Origin: Raillietiella orientalis | Taxonomy: Eukaryota | Direction: 5' to 3' | Length of the DNA: 64,000 nt | NCBI GenBank assembly: GCA_036172245.1 | Contig: JAYWIR010000026.1 | Coordinates: 2,728,001 to 2,792,000, forward strand | Notes under the pieces: generated by a model | Seen by the model: the letters and a program-made list of their open reading frames with translations, nothing else | What the model was told of the DNA's origin: nothing | Databases searched by the model: none | Part shown: positions 51,951-64,000 of the stretch, in pieces | How the letters are laid out: the number at the start of each line of letters is the position of its first letter | How positions within the stretch are numbered: position 1 is the stretch's first letter | Program-made: the position numbers and the translations under genes

Positions 51951-52534
51951 CCAAACTTGCATCTTTGCGAGTAAGCTCGATAGACTGACCGCCACAGTGC
52001 ACGGACAGACTTTAAGGTCTTATTCCTTGATCTCCATTCTTTGGTGCTCCATTGCAAACGCGCAAAGTATCCTCTAATACGCTACCTACCTTATATATAA
52101 GGCTGAGCTTGTAGCCCTGTGCCTCATAGGCAGTGGTTTCGGCCAGGACTTCCGCAGATGATACGGAAGCCACGGATTTTTAGCTTTTTGCCTGCGGCAA
52201 AAAGGATGCCGTGGCGGCACATGCCCTCACCTCCGCGGGCTGGTGAGAGGAACTCGTCTCTCCCATCCCGATCTCCATCACGAAGTCCTCGTGCATTGCT
52301 GCCATGAGAAACCGGTGACTCCCCACACAAACATACACTCAAGAAAGGTTCCTAGACACCACTTGTCGGAGCGACGAGCAAACGCGTCCACCCGATACAA
52401 GTTTTGGCTAAGGATTGAGAAACATGTGCTGTGGACTTTCTTTGCCCTCCTAGCCCAGTGACTGACGGGGAATTCATGAATTTCTAAAATTATATCTTAT
52501 GAAGCAAGCAGGGACCGGCCTCTTGGCGACACGT

Positions 52535-53790
52535 TCTCCTAACCTGTTGAAATGTTAGTGAATTGCACGACGTCATCAAGAGGCAAAGAATAGCGAACAT
52601 CATGAAAGGTTTCGACCTCTGCCTTCTTCAGGAGAATCACGTACTCTCTGCGGGGAAGATAGCAAACATCGAAACTTGCTCTGGAGGGTGCGAAACGAAA
52701 CGGCGACACTTGCAAGTGGGGGGTCTCCTTTTTCATACAGCCACGCCTGCAACCCCTAGTGAAGGGATACAGTTTTGACGAGATCGGCAGGATCGGACAG
52801 TGATCGCCCCATCATGGTTTCGATATATGGATCTCGTCACAACAAACATCTACCCACCGCCGAGCGGCGAATGCAGAGGCAATCGGATCTCCTTTCTGGA
52901 GAAACTCAGGTCACAGTGGCTAGGACCAACAATTCTAAGGTTGGCACACGTAGTGGCAAAGGATTTTAACCTTCTACTACACGCTCCATCGGGTAGCGGC
53001 CTCGAGGCATGCAAGAGGCTTCTTAGCATGCCGACGTGGTGGCTTCTTACTAACATTCTTTCTGGAGACCAAGAACAGAAGCGGGCAACGGATTATGTCT
53101 TAATGGACGCTCGCCTGCACTCTCGGTTAGGTAAACGAGGAAGGATCCCATCGTATGTATCGGATCACCCGAAGATCGAGATGGAGTTTCTCCCCAGAGA
53201 GAATTGCCCTCGCTTGAATATGTAAAGGATGACTCTTTTCTGGCTAGAGCAACCGGAAACCAGGAGCCTCATAGCGTGCCTTATCAGACGGACTTGTATA
53301 ACAAATATCCCTTGACGACTAAGATTCTTTCGAAACCGTACTTGGACGGTTGTGCGAGAGTCAGCTCGTCCAAGGCCTGCCGAGAGGCTTTGAGGTGGAG
53401 GGACTACACTCCTTACTTGAAGGCTATGATCCATAGCCATCGCTTCGATCCTAGGAAAATTGCCGAGTACCGGGCCGGACCGGAACGACAAACCTGGCAG
53501 TCGGGAGTCACCAATCTGTTTAACGGAAAAGGCGAAATATCCTCGGATCCAGCAGACATCAAGAAGGAAGTGAGGGGGTTCAACACCTCGCTCTGCTTCA
53601 GAAGTATGCCAGACCAGAGGATCTCGCGGCTGTTCTTCCCCGAGGGGAACCCGGTGAGCGGCGACGAGAAGCGAGGACATTTGAACGAGTCACTTACTTG
53701 CAAGGAAGTATGCAACTCTCTTATTTCCCTGAAATCGAGGAAAGCGCCAGGGGAGGACGGCCCTGCGGACCGATCCTTTCAAATCGCGTC
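52535..53790 (+). mobile_element. LINE family A ORF2 N-terminal fragment (EN, linker, RT0)
   Basis: TC*NVSELHD..FDLCLLQENH; NIYPP; AKDFN; TDYVL; SDHP; LTCKEV..KAPGEDG. Confidence 0.88.
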
Positions 53791-54117
53791 CATCTGCCAG
53801 CTCCTGGATGAGGAAGCCGCGAAGGTACCAAAAAAGATGTCATACCGCCTCGGAATGTTCGTTTCCTTGTCAACGAGATTGTTGGCTCCCTTGAAGTTTC
53901 CCTCTGTTCTTCTGCAGTTTCACATTCTGCATACGGCTGTGATCTTGAATTTGATTTCCGAGTTTCCCTTTCCTTCCAAACTTCAGATTGGTTAGTGATC
54001 AAGATCTAAATTCTTTGCACTGCTTGATTTTGTTTGTGCTTTCCCTTGATTGGAATTTGTCTTTTATTCCCAAGAGTTCTCGGCGCTCACGTGTTTTTGT
54101 TTTCAGTGCAAGGATCT

Positions 54118-55085
54118 ATGGATTTGAACCCAATGCAGTCTGGTAGTTTGACGGACTCCTTTTTTGAGAAGAATTTAGAAGGCATTCTCAAACATCTTTT
54201 CCAAGAAGAATTGGTTTTCGCGGAACAGATGTTGTATTTGAAAGATGCCTGGCAAGAATATGAAATGCATGTGGAGAACGATGTAGTAGAGGTTATTTTT
54301 TCACTCTCTCATGGTTGCGAGGTATTTATAGCCTTCTTTCTTCTTTCTAGAATCTGACTCCTGAAGAGCGGGATTTGGTCAGCCAAGACCTGAGAGAACT
54401 GAAGAAGCAAATGAACAAAGATATGTTGTTAGCTCTGAGAGCAGGTTTTGAGGTAGTTTTTCCTTCATTTCGACTCAACATAATTGAGTTTATTTTTCGT
54501 CATTCCGAGTTATTTGTATTTACAGGAAGGAGAGCAGCCGGAAGCGATGGGAGCCTGTTCAATAAAGGAGCTTAACGAAAGAATTCATCAATGTACAAAG
54601 TGGATGGAGGCTTTATCCGCATCGTCAGACAAGCTTGTTGCATCGACAAGGGATATGGCTAAAGAACAGGGAATAGAAGTTTCTGAAGTTGCGAAAGAGA
54701 AATTGTGAGTGAGTGTGCTATTGTTCTAAGATAGGAGAGGTCAGTGCTTTTTAGAAATGATATACGTGAATGGAGGAACTTTTGGAGAACCAGGACAGAA
54801 CGCAATCTAGAGTTTATCAGAAAAAGAAAGGAAATTAACAAAGATCCTCTTGTGAAAGAAATGCACGCATCTAATCAACTGCTTCAATTTGTTCCGAGAT
54901 TTGCTTTGAAACAGACATGCAATGACGCTCACACAGAGAAGCTTGAAATACTTTACAATTTTTTGGTCAACGACAACCGTGCTCTGCGGAAGAAGGCTTC
55001 GGAAATAAAAGATGTTGTCGCAGCACTCAAAGCTTCCATTAAGTCTCTGGAAAGCAAGGAGGCTGCCCCAGACCAGATATCCTGA
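54118..55085 (+). CDS. Intact-looking 4-exon gene, about 261 aa, helical/coiled-coil, unknown function
   Basis: Exons 54118-54291, 54351-54452, 54526-54704, 54755-55085 splice in frame (phases 0,0,2; introns 59, 73, 50 nt, all GT-AG). TTTTCAG acceptor at 54100-54106 precedes the ATG. Confidence 0.8.
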
Positions 55086-57399
55086 TGAAACTTTGTACCT
55101 GAAATACAACAGTCTCATAATTCTCATTTTGGATTATCATGGAGTTGCGGGAGCAATATATTTCATGGAAATTCGAGAGTATTTTTATGTTTGCGCCTTT
55201 ATGGGAATCTTTTGGACCAGTAGGCCTTTTTGGAAAAGTGCAGGTGGAGGCAGAGGTGTCCTCTTTAGGCTGCGTGTTTTCCAAGAAACGCCGTCACTTT
55301 CAAGCGGATAGGTAGCGACTGAGTAATGTGCTCCTCTCGTGCACGCCATAGGATTATAGTCTGAATCCTTTGTTCCTGTTCCACGGAGGGACCCTCCTGG
55401 AACGTTTCTCCATCAACCTTGGAAATCGACTCTAAATATCCTTCCTCAAGAAGCAGTCGGCTGTTTTGTTCCATATTGATTTATGCTTTGATTATTGCTT
55501 TTTGCGCGCCAAATGTTCCCAAAGCCGAGGTGTTGCGGTCAGTGAAATTTCGCCCCTGGGAAGACATAAAATATGAAGTTCTTTGTATGCAGTTCTTGAA
55601 ATGCAGCTCACATTACAACCGTTTCTTGTCACCAGGCATTGGATTCAGTTGTGAGGCGGTGGAAAAGTAAATGGACTTGCATGTAAAAGGCCAGTTGTCT
55701 TAATGAGATGCTGATTCTTTATATCTTGTGGCGGAAGCGCATCGACGAATGCAGTGTTTGGCTTCCGATGTATTGCCGAAAGATATGGCGCACGCGCGCA
55801 TCAGGTTAAAGTTCACAATCTGCTGCTGGCGAGCAGCACAGTCATCTGCACTTGAAGCCAACATCAGTACTTTTAAAGCAGCGTCCTCTCGTGGAGCAGC
55901 TAAGTCACTGAGACGGATCCTGGACTCCTCTGGTCGTTACAGGGTATTGAGGAACAGTTGCTGCGCTCACATCTCGGCCGAGAACGTGATGAAGCGAAGA
56001 GAATATAAACTTCCGAGGGAGCAAGCTAACGAGTATGTTACCAATTTCCGCTGTCTCCTTTAAGCCAAACTCATCATCAAACAATGCGTCAGATACCACT
56101 TCTGCTATTGAATGCATTGCGAGACATCGCCGTTCTGACATTAAAGTCCAGCAATGAAATGCAAAGTTGCCTGGAGTACCTTCCTGTGGAGATCCACAGG
56201 GAAGGTTATAATAGTACCTTGCGTTTGGTCAGAGTGTTCCTTCCACGACGCGCCGGCTGCAGTGTTGTTGGATTTCGTGCTGTTGGTGCTCAGTCAGTTT
56301 TTTGAGAGTTCTGCTCGAAAGAGTCTTCGAGCCTAGCCTTCGGGTCAAACACGGGAAGATGGAGAAGGGGTCGTCCTCACAAGCGCCTGCCAACGGCAAG
56401 CTCGGGCAGAGGTCGGACAGGTTGACCAGCGTCAGCGGGCACGCCTCCAGCACAGAATCTGAGATGCAGAAGAGAAGGAAGTTTGTGCTGTAGCCCTGCT
56501 TGGTAGGCTTGTCATGCGGCAAGAACGAGGAGAAATCGTAAACCGCTGGAAGAAATGCCGGTGGCTCGATTACACCAACAAAAACGCCAACAAAACAGCT
56601 GATATCCTGGGAGAACGAGGCTTTTCAGGAACACAAGAAACAGCTTTTGGTTAATGCAGTCCAGCAATTTGTGCTCGTTGAGTCTACCGTCGAAGAACTT
56701 GGCCATTCTGTCCGCTGCTTCACCATACTTTAACTGCCGGTTGCAGCAGATATCCCCACCGCTCGGCTCTCAAACACAATCTCGCAAAAGTCGATCGCGC
56801 ACGAAGAATAGGTGTGCATTCGTCCACAGTCCAAAAACAGCACAAGTTTGCTACCTGCTTGGCATGTATCCGGCGATGTTTCCTTTCCTTGCAAACCACA
56901 GTTTCGAGGTCAGCTTCACAGCCGAGTTCACCAAGTAATGGGACATCAGTTTTTTAGTTCATCAAGGCTACACTTTTTAGCAAGGGAGGCAGACCTACTC
57001 GGGATAACAAGAGTGGCACATTGATCTCCACTAGATCGGATCCCATATATCATCAGCGCTAAGAACTTATCACAAGGATGGCTTGCACTGCATGGAAGGC
57101 ATTTTTTACCGTGTGTTTTTCGTCTCTTGAACGGGCAATGACAAAAGAATATTTCACAGTAGAGAGGTTTCCAGGACGAGTGTTTATACAGTCAGGCGTT
57201 CCTTCTGTGCTGCTAAAGATTACTTGTATTTTGTGCTTTCGTCTACAGAGTTAAGCAGAAGCACCTAATCAAGAGACGTTTGGTCTCATTCGCCTCGTTG
57301 CTGCTTTTTATCAAAAAAACAGTCGCAATGCAAAATCAGCAAAGCTAGAGTTTACTAACTGCTTGGCAAAAAAATGAGAACCACTTGCTGGGTGATAAT

Positions 57400-57977
57400 C
57401 ACTCTTATTTACTGATATTGCCATTTACTGATGTCACTTTTGTCCATTCTGAATCTTCCGGCAGGCGGCCCTGAAAATATTTTCCGGCGCCTCTTTTGAC
57501 GTGATGCCCTGCTCCCCGCCTTATGCAGTTCTCTGCTGTGTTCGCGGAATCACGGCAAGGTGGAACGCCAAAAGCAGAAGGCAAAACATCAGGGACGCTA
57601 TGCACTGAACATGGATCTTTTTGGAGACCGTGCCAAGATGGCCCCACGGAAACAATTTAAAAGCAGCACTTGTTAGAGTCTTAAACAGGATGTCGAAGAC
57701 CGATCCAGGCGAACAGTCATACATTACCTTCCTTCTTTCCCCTATAAACTTTTGTCCCCCCTATTTTTTAATTCTTTTTATTTATTTTCGCTTTGTTTTT
57801 CCCTTCCTCTTTGCCGTCGGAGAGGACCTCTCCAGTCTCTGCCCCGGTTGAGGTGGCAAGTCGCAAGCGTGGTAACACCTAGTGTTCTATGACGAACACA
57901 TAACTGATGAATTTATTATGGAATTTTTGTCGACAAAAATTTCAATAATGAATGCTCCTGCAAATCTGGGTGATAAA
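57400..57977 (+). mobile_element. LINE family A 3' end
   Basis: LCCVRGITARWNA..FLETVPRWPH..LVRVLNRM; T-rich UTR; terminus aatgaa-tgctcctgcaaatctgg-gtgataaa. Confidence 0.75.
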
Positions 57978-58199
57978 CTACTGGCGCGGTGATCGCAACC
58001 ATAGGGTGCATCCACGCCATCGTTACAGCCCGAAATGTGCTAAAGACCACCAAGGAGCAAAGAGATGACAACGCGATGGCAGCCACCTACATCGGCGCGG
58101 CTGTAAGGTGACTTCACCTTGAAAAAAAAAACAAAGTAGATCGCCGGCATAAAGCGCGGGTTTATGGATGAATAGAAATGGATGATCCTTGTGAGCTTC

Positions 58200-58524
58200 G
58201 CCCCCTGCCCTCCCTTATTTCTTGAGTTGTTTTTTTTATATATTCACTGTCCCTTCTCGATCCAGAAATTTCCCGGTGTGTTCTTTTCTTTGTCTGGTAC
58301 CCGGTGAGTGAGGAACGAGTCCAAAGATCCCTGCCCCAATCCTTCCAAACTCATTTATTTTTCTTTTTGTCCCCTTGTCATTCACCCGCTTCGGACATCT
58401 CGTTTTCCAAGTTTGCGTGTGGGTGAACCCGTTTGAACTCTTTTGTCCTTGTATTCGGGAGTTGGGAATTTTTGTTACTAATTGGTTCATGCAAATAAAC
58501 GTCCCGGCTAGACCGAGTGAAAAA
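58200..58524 (+). mobile_element. LINE 3' UTR-only fragment
   Basis: T-rich tract ending aataaa-cgtcccggctagaccga-gtgaaaaa. Confidence 0.55.
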
Positions 58525-58855
58525 TTTCAACCATTGAATGGTGTCAGATGAGTCCCTTGAGCAGGAACACACGGCAAACGAGTTGTGAGCAGCAATGAAG
58601 GCACGCAACTTGTTAAAGGATCTTTCGGAAATAGTGGACTGCATCGACCACGTCTTCCTCTAAGACGACCTATGCCCAGGCATCGGCAGACGAGGAAAGC
58701 TTTTGTCGACCCTGTCCAACCATTCTCAGTTGCTATTCGAGGCAAGGCCATGAGACAAGGGACCAACATCCAGGGCCTGAAGATTGGACGCGACTCTCAG
58801 GTGCGAAAGAACACCTTCGCCAATTCCTGAGAGGCTTCACGCTCCAGAGTCTCAA

Positions 58856-60940
58856 TTGAAACCCGGTTGCGCTGAGACGTTTATTCTTTCGAATAAACTT
58901 CTATAATCTGTGACAGGACCAGTCGTCCAGCCACGCCCTAGAAACTTCCAGCCTGCCGGGCTACCGGTGGCAGAGCGGTGCGGTGGACCTCGGCAGCAGA
59001 GGAGAAAGGGAACGAAGCGAAAAGAAAACGAAAAAATTAACAAAACTGGGGGAGGGAGCGGAAAGGGATCACTGTCTGCTGGGAGGGTCTGTCATCCACT
59101 GGAGGATGCCAACAAGCTGTTGCTGAATGGTGGATTTCAGATGGGGCCATCGTGTCGCCATCCGCAGAAAGCGGGTGGCGTACACGGTTGCATCCCTGTC
59201 GCTGGATCCTCCCGTCGCTTTGCTCCAGGCCACGACGATCCCGCGTAGGCAGCACAGGGCTGCAAGCGAGGCCGCCGGAGGCAGGGCGTCACGGACGAAG
59301 AGAAGACGTAAAGCGTCTCTGGGGTTGCCTCCGGGGATACCCAGGGCCGCGGCAAAGCGTTCCCACAAGGACCGGAGGGCAATACAATCCACAAAAAGGT
59401 GGGGGAGGTATTACCTCTCCACGCACCTGACACAATTGGGGTTGACACCCCCCCACGTCCAGTGTTGTCGGCGGGCATTGAAAGGGAGGCCCCAAAGCAG
59501 CACTAGGAGTGCCGAATGTTGCCACTTCATGAGGAGGGTGCGCGAGTCCATGAGCACCGGGGGCCACTTAAGATGTTCCTCTGGAACATCCAGTAGCTCG
59601 CCCAAGCGCAAGAGTCCGTGTGGGAAGGTACTCGGGGTCGCAGTGTTCGTCAGCTGCCTCTTCACTAATCCCCGATCTTTTCTTCCCTGGCACAAATCTC
59701 AATGGCAACCTCCCACCGCGACGAGATGCGCTGCCCAGATGGTCCAGTAGGGTAGGCAGTACCGCAGCAAGGGAGTTTCTTTCTTCTCACAATCTCCTTC
59801 GGGGATCCACGACGATTTATCGGAGCCAGCAGTGGGCGTGCGGTCCGAATAGAGCTATTAGCTCGTATTGCGGCGTCTGCTCCTGAGTCATCGCCCACGC
59901 GCAAACGGTTTCCTGCAGCCAGGCAGTATCCTTCGCGGGGCGTACGAGGATCGATCCCGTGATGGTCTTCACGAGTTTGGTCACCCTCCGAAGCTGAAGT
60001 CCGCAGTGGCAGATGGAGCTTCGGAGTGCAAGGTAGGACGAAAGTCCCGCGTAGCCGAAGGCCTGCTCGACGAGGAGACGTGCCAGGACGCACCAGAGGT
60101 GCACCACTTCTGCCCTATAAAGGCCACTACCTTAAACTGGAGCTGAAGCTCCAGTCAATTCATCGTCAGGAGGCCAAGGCCGCCATCCCTCCACGGAGCG
60201 CACAAGTCCACAAGAAGGAATCGGGACCTTCCAGTGACCCAAAGGGCGATATGGAAGAGTTCCTTCGTCCTCTTCCTCAACTCCGCTGAGGAAAGAAAAC
60301 AAAAAACAAGGGGAGAGGAAGAATGGCCGCAAACGCGTTTTACACAGCGGTCCGTTCCTGCAGGAAAAACCAGCCTCATTGGAATGGGCCAATCGCCGTC
60401 TCTACATCTTAGAGGCAGCTTGACCATTCATCCACAGGGAGATAATGCGCCTACGGTACACCGAGATACTTGAAGTACCTCAGCGTGGGGATCCCCAAGG
60501 AGATCCAGTTCTCTGCCCTGCCCACACCGCTCCGACTGGCATCACGGACCACTTCGCCCTGTTCACCCTTAGACCGGTGCCCCGACTTAGCAAGTCGAAG
60601 AAATCTTCGACTGAGGCAGCCGGGGTGGACATAGGCAGCAGCAGAAGATTGTCCGCGTAAGCCGAGACCGCATGCGTACCGGCACAATCGCGCGGCAGGT
60701 GTACCAGGGTCACCCTGTACGATCTAAGCACCAATTCACAGTAGGTGCTGAAGAGCAAGGGGCTCAGACTGTCTCCCTGTCATATTCCGCGTTGCACCGG
60801 TATGCCGTACACGGCTGAAAAAGACGTTAATAAGCGCGTCGCGCCAGCTGGAGCGCAGATAGGCCAACAAAGAAGCCGGGAAGCCCAAGCGTTCCAGAAA
60901 CACCAGCAGAAGTCCCTGGTCGACGCAATCGAATGCTCTA
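58856..60940 (-). mobile_element. LINE family A 3' half (RT motif 3 to terminus)
   Basis: RAFDCVDQ..LERLGFP; QGDSLSPLLF-like; SAYADNLLLL; YFKYLGVP; RDGGLGLL; CVRC..DCIALRSLW; terminus aataaacgtctcagcgcaaccggg. Confidence 0.92.
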
Positions 60941-60944
60941 CCCA

Positions 60945-62075
60945 CGTAGTTCGGACGTGTTTTCTCGGTGCTAGTCGTGCCAGGAACCCTTCCTAAGTTT
61001 ACGTTTCGTGTGGTTTGGTGGTCGCTCAGGAAGCGATGCCTGACACGACCACTAGTGAGTGCCAAGGGGCGGCGGCTACGTCGCCCCCAGAGGCGATAGA
61101 GGTAAGGGCATCCTCCCTCACAGAATCGATCCCAGCTGCAACGCGGGCATGGAGCGCCGTCGTGGCGGCTACATCGCCTGCAGCCGCGGCGGAATTGTCA
61201 GCCTACGTGGAGGAGGGGTATAACTCCTCATTGCTCTACAAGTTAGGCAATTTATATTGTTCAGGGGGCTTTTCGAAAGGGATGCGCTCTCTCGATGTCA
61301 AAGAGGAGGAGCACAGCGCTATGACCATTCGCAGCGGAGGTCAGTACGTTGAGGTCATCTGCAAACAAGCAGAGCTGGCCCAACAGCTGCTAAAAGTCCC
61401 CGTGGTGATGGAGACGCGCAGGCTCGTCCTGATTACGGTGGACCGCAGCATGGTGGTTCAGCAGTTAGGTGTTACCGCGCGGATGCGCAAGGAACAGGTT
61501 CGGGCCGCTCTAGAACAGTTTGGAACGGTCCACGCTCAGTGGACCGTTCCACGGTGGACGAAAGTTAGTCCTTTCGAGGACTACACGGAGCTGCAACACG
61601 GCCTCACGGCTGAGCGCGTGACCGTTCGGGAGGGCTGTACTCCTCCTTACAAACTGGTGGTCGGCGGCGAAACCGTCGACGTCTGGAACGTGGGGAAGCC
61701 CACATACTGTAGCTTCTGCAACACGTCGGGTCACCTCACAAGGAGGTGCCCCAACGTACAGTGAGAATTATGCGGGACAATGAGCCACACGAGGGAGGTG
61801 TGTCCACCAGCAGCAGCGCGCGCGGTGTCCTCGAGGAACCTAAAAAAACGCGCCCGGCTGCTACAAAAAAGACTGGCGGCGAAAGCTACCGCGAAAGCTC
61901 TGCCACCCACGTCCATGGCGCAGGCCGCACCAAGACGCCAAGAAAGAACTCAGAATAGGTCGAAGGAAACGGCCAGGAGCCTAGGTGGCAGGCAGCAACA
62001 TCAAAAAAAAAAGAACGCCGACTTGAAAAGAAACTCGCGTACCCAAGGAAAAAACAGGAGGGTAGAGAGATTATA
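60945..62075 (+). mobile_element. LINE family A 5' end: short 5' UTR and ORF1
   Basis: ATG 61036 (MPDTT..RAWSAVVAA); knuckle CSFCNTSGHLTRRC; second knuckle *ELCGTMSHTREVC with Cys mutated to stop. Confidence 0.88.
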
Positions 62076-62097
62076 AAAGAATGCAGCGTGGTCGTTT

Positions 62098-64000
62098 ATT
62101 TTCCGGTTGCGCCTGGACGTTTATTGTATAAATCATCTGGGAACTGTATTCGCAGGCAAGGGGAACAGAAGATAGGGAGGTGGTTTCCCGGCACGCAGAT
62201 CGGACACACTGAGAGTTCGGAACGGGAGAAAGGGGACAATAAATAAATAAATATGGTGGGAGCGTGAAGATAAGGGTCTGCAATTCAGCCTTTCCTATTC
62301 TCAGACCCGCTGTGAATGCCGGCAATCTCCGTTCTCACTTCTGCGTCCGGTGTGGCCACCAGGCAGCCAGTTGCAGGCTGCAGGCTGCACTGTTTAGGAA
62401 CGATGTTGGGACCGTAAGCATCTGCAATATGTGGCGGGCCCTGACAGTGGCGCCGACGCAGCAGATGTTTGCGACGACCGCTCCCAGAGAAAGACCGCCA
62501 CGCGTAAAATAGCGCCGCATTCAATCCATTGCGGAGTGTCCGGGGTGCAGGAGCGCTGAAGACAGCCGCCTATACAGCTCCTGGAGGGCAACGCATTCAA
62601 ATAGCAAATGCGGAAGCGATTCCACCGCTTCGCATGACGCACAGTTCGGGGACGGAACTCCCCCGGAAACCAGGTGCGCGCGCTGGTTGCAGTACAGACT
62701 CCAGTGCACCAGCCGAAAAGCGTCCTGTTTCCACCTAAGGGGAAAGACAGTCGCGTCCTGGGACGCACAAAAGACCACAGGTTCTAAGGTGGGTACCCCA
62801 AGGAGCTTGCTCCACCGAATTCCCTTGCCAAGGAGGAGAGGCGTGGCAGCGTCTGCCAGCTTCCAGGTCCTCCAGCCGCCCAGAAATCGGGTTTCGACAG
62901 CGATAGCGCAAGCGACCTACCACCTCGCTGGTAGGTAACTGTCGTCTCGCCCCCTCAAGGCAGACAGTGCTTCGTCCAGGGGCGTAGCGGCTAGGCGTGT
63001 CCACTGGTCCTGGTCTTCCCCCACCGGACATCATGGGGAAATGTTTGCGCAACGAAGTTCCAGACGGGGCACTTCCTGTTGCGCTGCCCAGGAAGATAAG
63101 GCTTCCTGCCTCCAGGTGTTGAAGTTCGTCGGCCGGCAGGATATCCACGAATGCTTTCCCAGAAGCGAGGCGAGCTGCATCAGAGGGAAGCCGAATCCTC
63201 TCAAGACGCGATCCGGGCGCAAATGCAACGAAGGCAGTCTGTCACCATCCGTGCAGCGCTGCAGCAGCAGCCACGCTGGAGCACACCAGAGAGTAGTGCA
63301 AATCTGGGCGCAAAGTAGCATGCGGAACTGCACTAGCAGTCCGATCCACTCCAGCGTCAGGATGCCCAATCCTGCATCCTGCTGAGCAGCCGCCAAGTCC
63401 TTGAGGTGGATCCTGGACCTCGCCTGTCATCACAAGGCGTTTCGCAACAGGCGTTTCGTTCAACGCTTAACCAAGAAGGGAAAGGGACAAACAAAAAAGA
63501 GGTGACGGAGGAGGGGGCAACGAAAAGGCTCCACACGATGGCCCGTTCCGACAGGAGGCACCTGCCGCCTTCGAACGGGCACAGAGTAGTCTCGGCCTTG
63601 TGAAGGTAGTTCGACCACGCTTCTGCTGGACAGAAGACGCCAAAGGAAACGCCAAGGTACTTGAAGCACCTGCTTGTTGGGATCTTCAGGCAGATCGAGT
63701 CATACTGCCCCTCCCACGTAGACCCAACTGGTACAACGGTTGATTTCGTCCTGTGGACACTCAGGCCCGCTCTCCGACGAAAGAGCTCCAAGAAGTCTTC
63801 TAGCCTGGACGCCAAGGTGGACATGGGCAGAAGCAAGAAAAGGTCGTCATCATAGCCGGCCACGACCGAAGTTCCCGGGCAAAAGCTCTGCTGGTTGGCC
63901 AGCCTCAGCGTGTAAGCCCTCAGCACCAACTCAAAGAACAAGCTGAAGAGCAGAGGGCTTAAGCTGTCTCCCTGCCTGGTACCCCGACGTATGGGAACGC
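62098..64000 (-). mobile_element. LINE family A 3' half (runs off window)
   Basis: GTRQGDSLSPLLF; GYDDDLFLL; FKYLGV; DAGLGILTLE; CASCEAVESLPHLLFEC; terminus aataaacgtccaggcgcaaccggaaaa. Confidence 0.92.

Noticed and set aside
55300..57300. Possible minus-strand RT remnant (TRGVQDPSQ*LS)
   Set aside because: Motifs too weak to call.
57922..57941. Perfect 20-bp palindrome aatttttgtcgacaaaaatt
   Set aside because: AT-rich, inside one LINE 3' UTR and absent from other copies; probably a local fold-back mutation.
1..64000. CRISPR array, rRNA, tRNA, snRNA/SL RNA or telomeric arrays as Tx1 targets; alternative genetic code
   Set aside because: None recognised by eye. Host genes end in TGA or TAA, consistent with the standard code.

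Overview
Eukaryotic (metazoan-like) genomic DNA with short GT-AG introns, mostly 40-75 nt. The taxon cannot be fixed from the sequence; a TTTTCAG acceptor and intron sizes are compatible with a nematode or another compact-intron invertebrate. (1) About 1-22 kb is a tandem, mosaic segmental duplication with a period near 5.35 kb. It carries three copies of a spliced CUB-domain gene and up to four copies of a convergent unknown minus-strand gene. (2) About 22-64 kb is a dense graveyard of nested, decayed L1/Tx1-clade non-LTR retrotransposons from at least two or three families (CCHC-knuckle ORF1, APE endonuclease, RT, zf-RVT). At least one element has a clear 5' inversion, and the 3' ends share an AATAAA + small hairpin + A-tract motif. 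Two apparently intact spliced genes sit in this debris. One is an 8-exon pepsin/cathepsin-D-fold gene that has lost both catalytic aspartates, and one of its acceptors appears to be LINE-derived. The other is a 4-exon orphan coiled-coil gene. All calls are by eye and no searches were run; coordinates of decayed elements are approximate.
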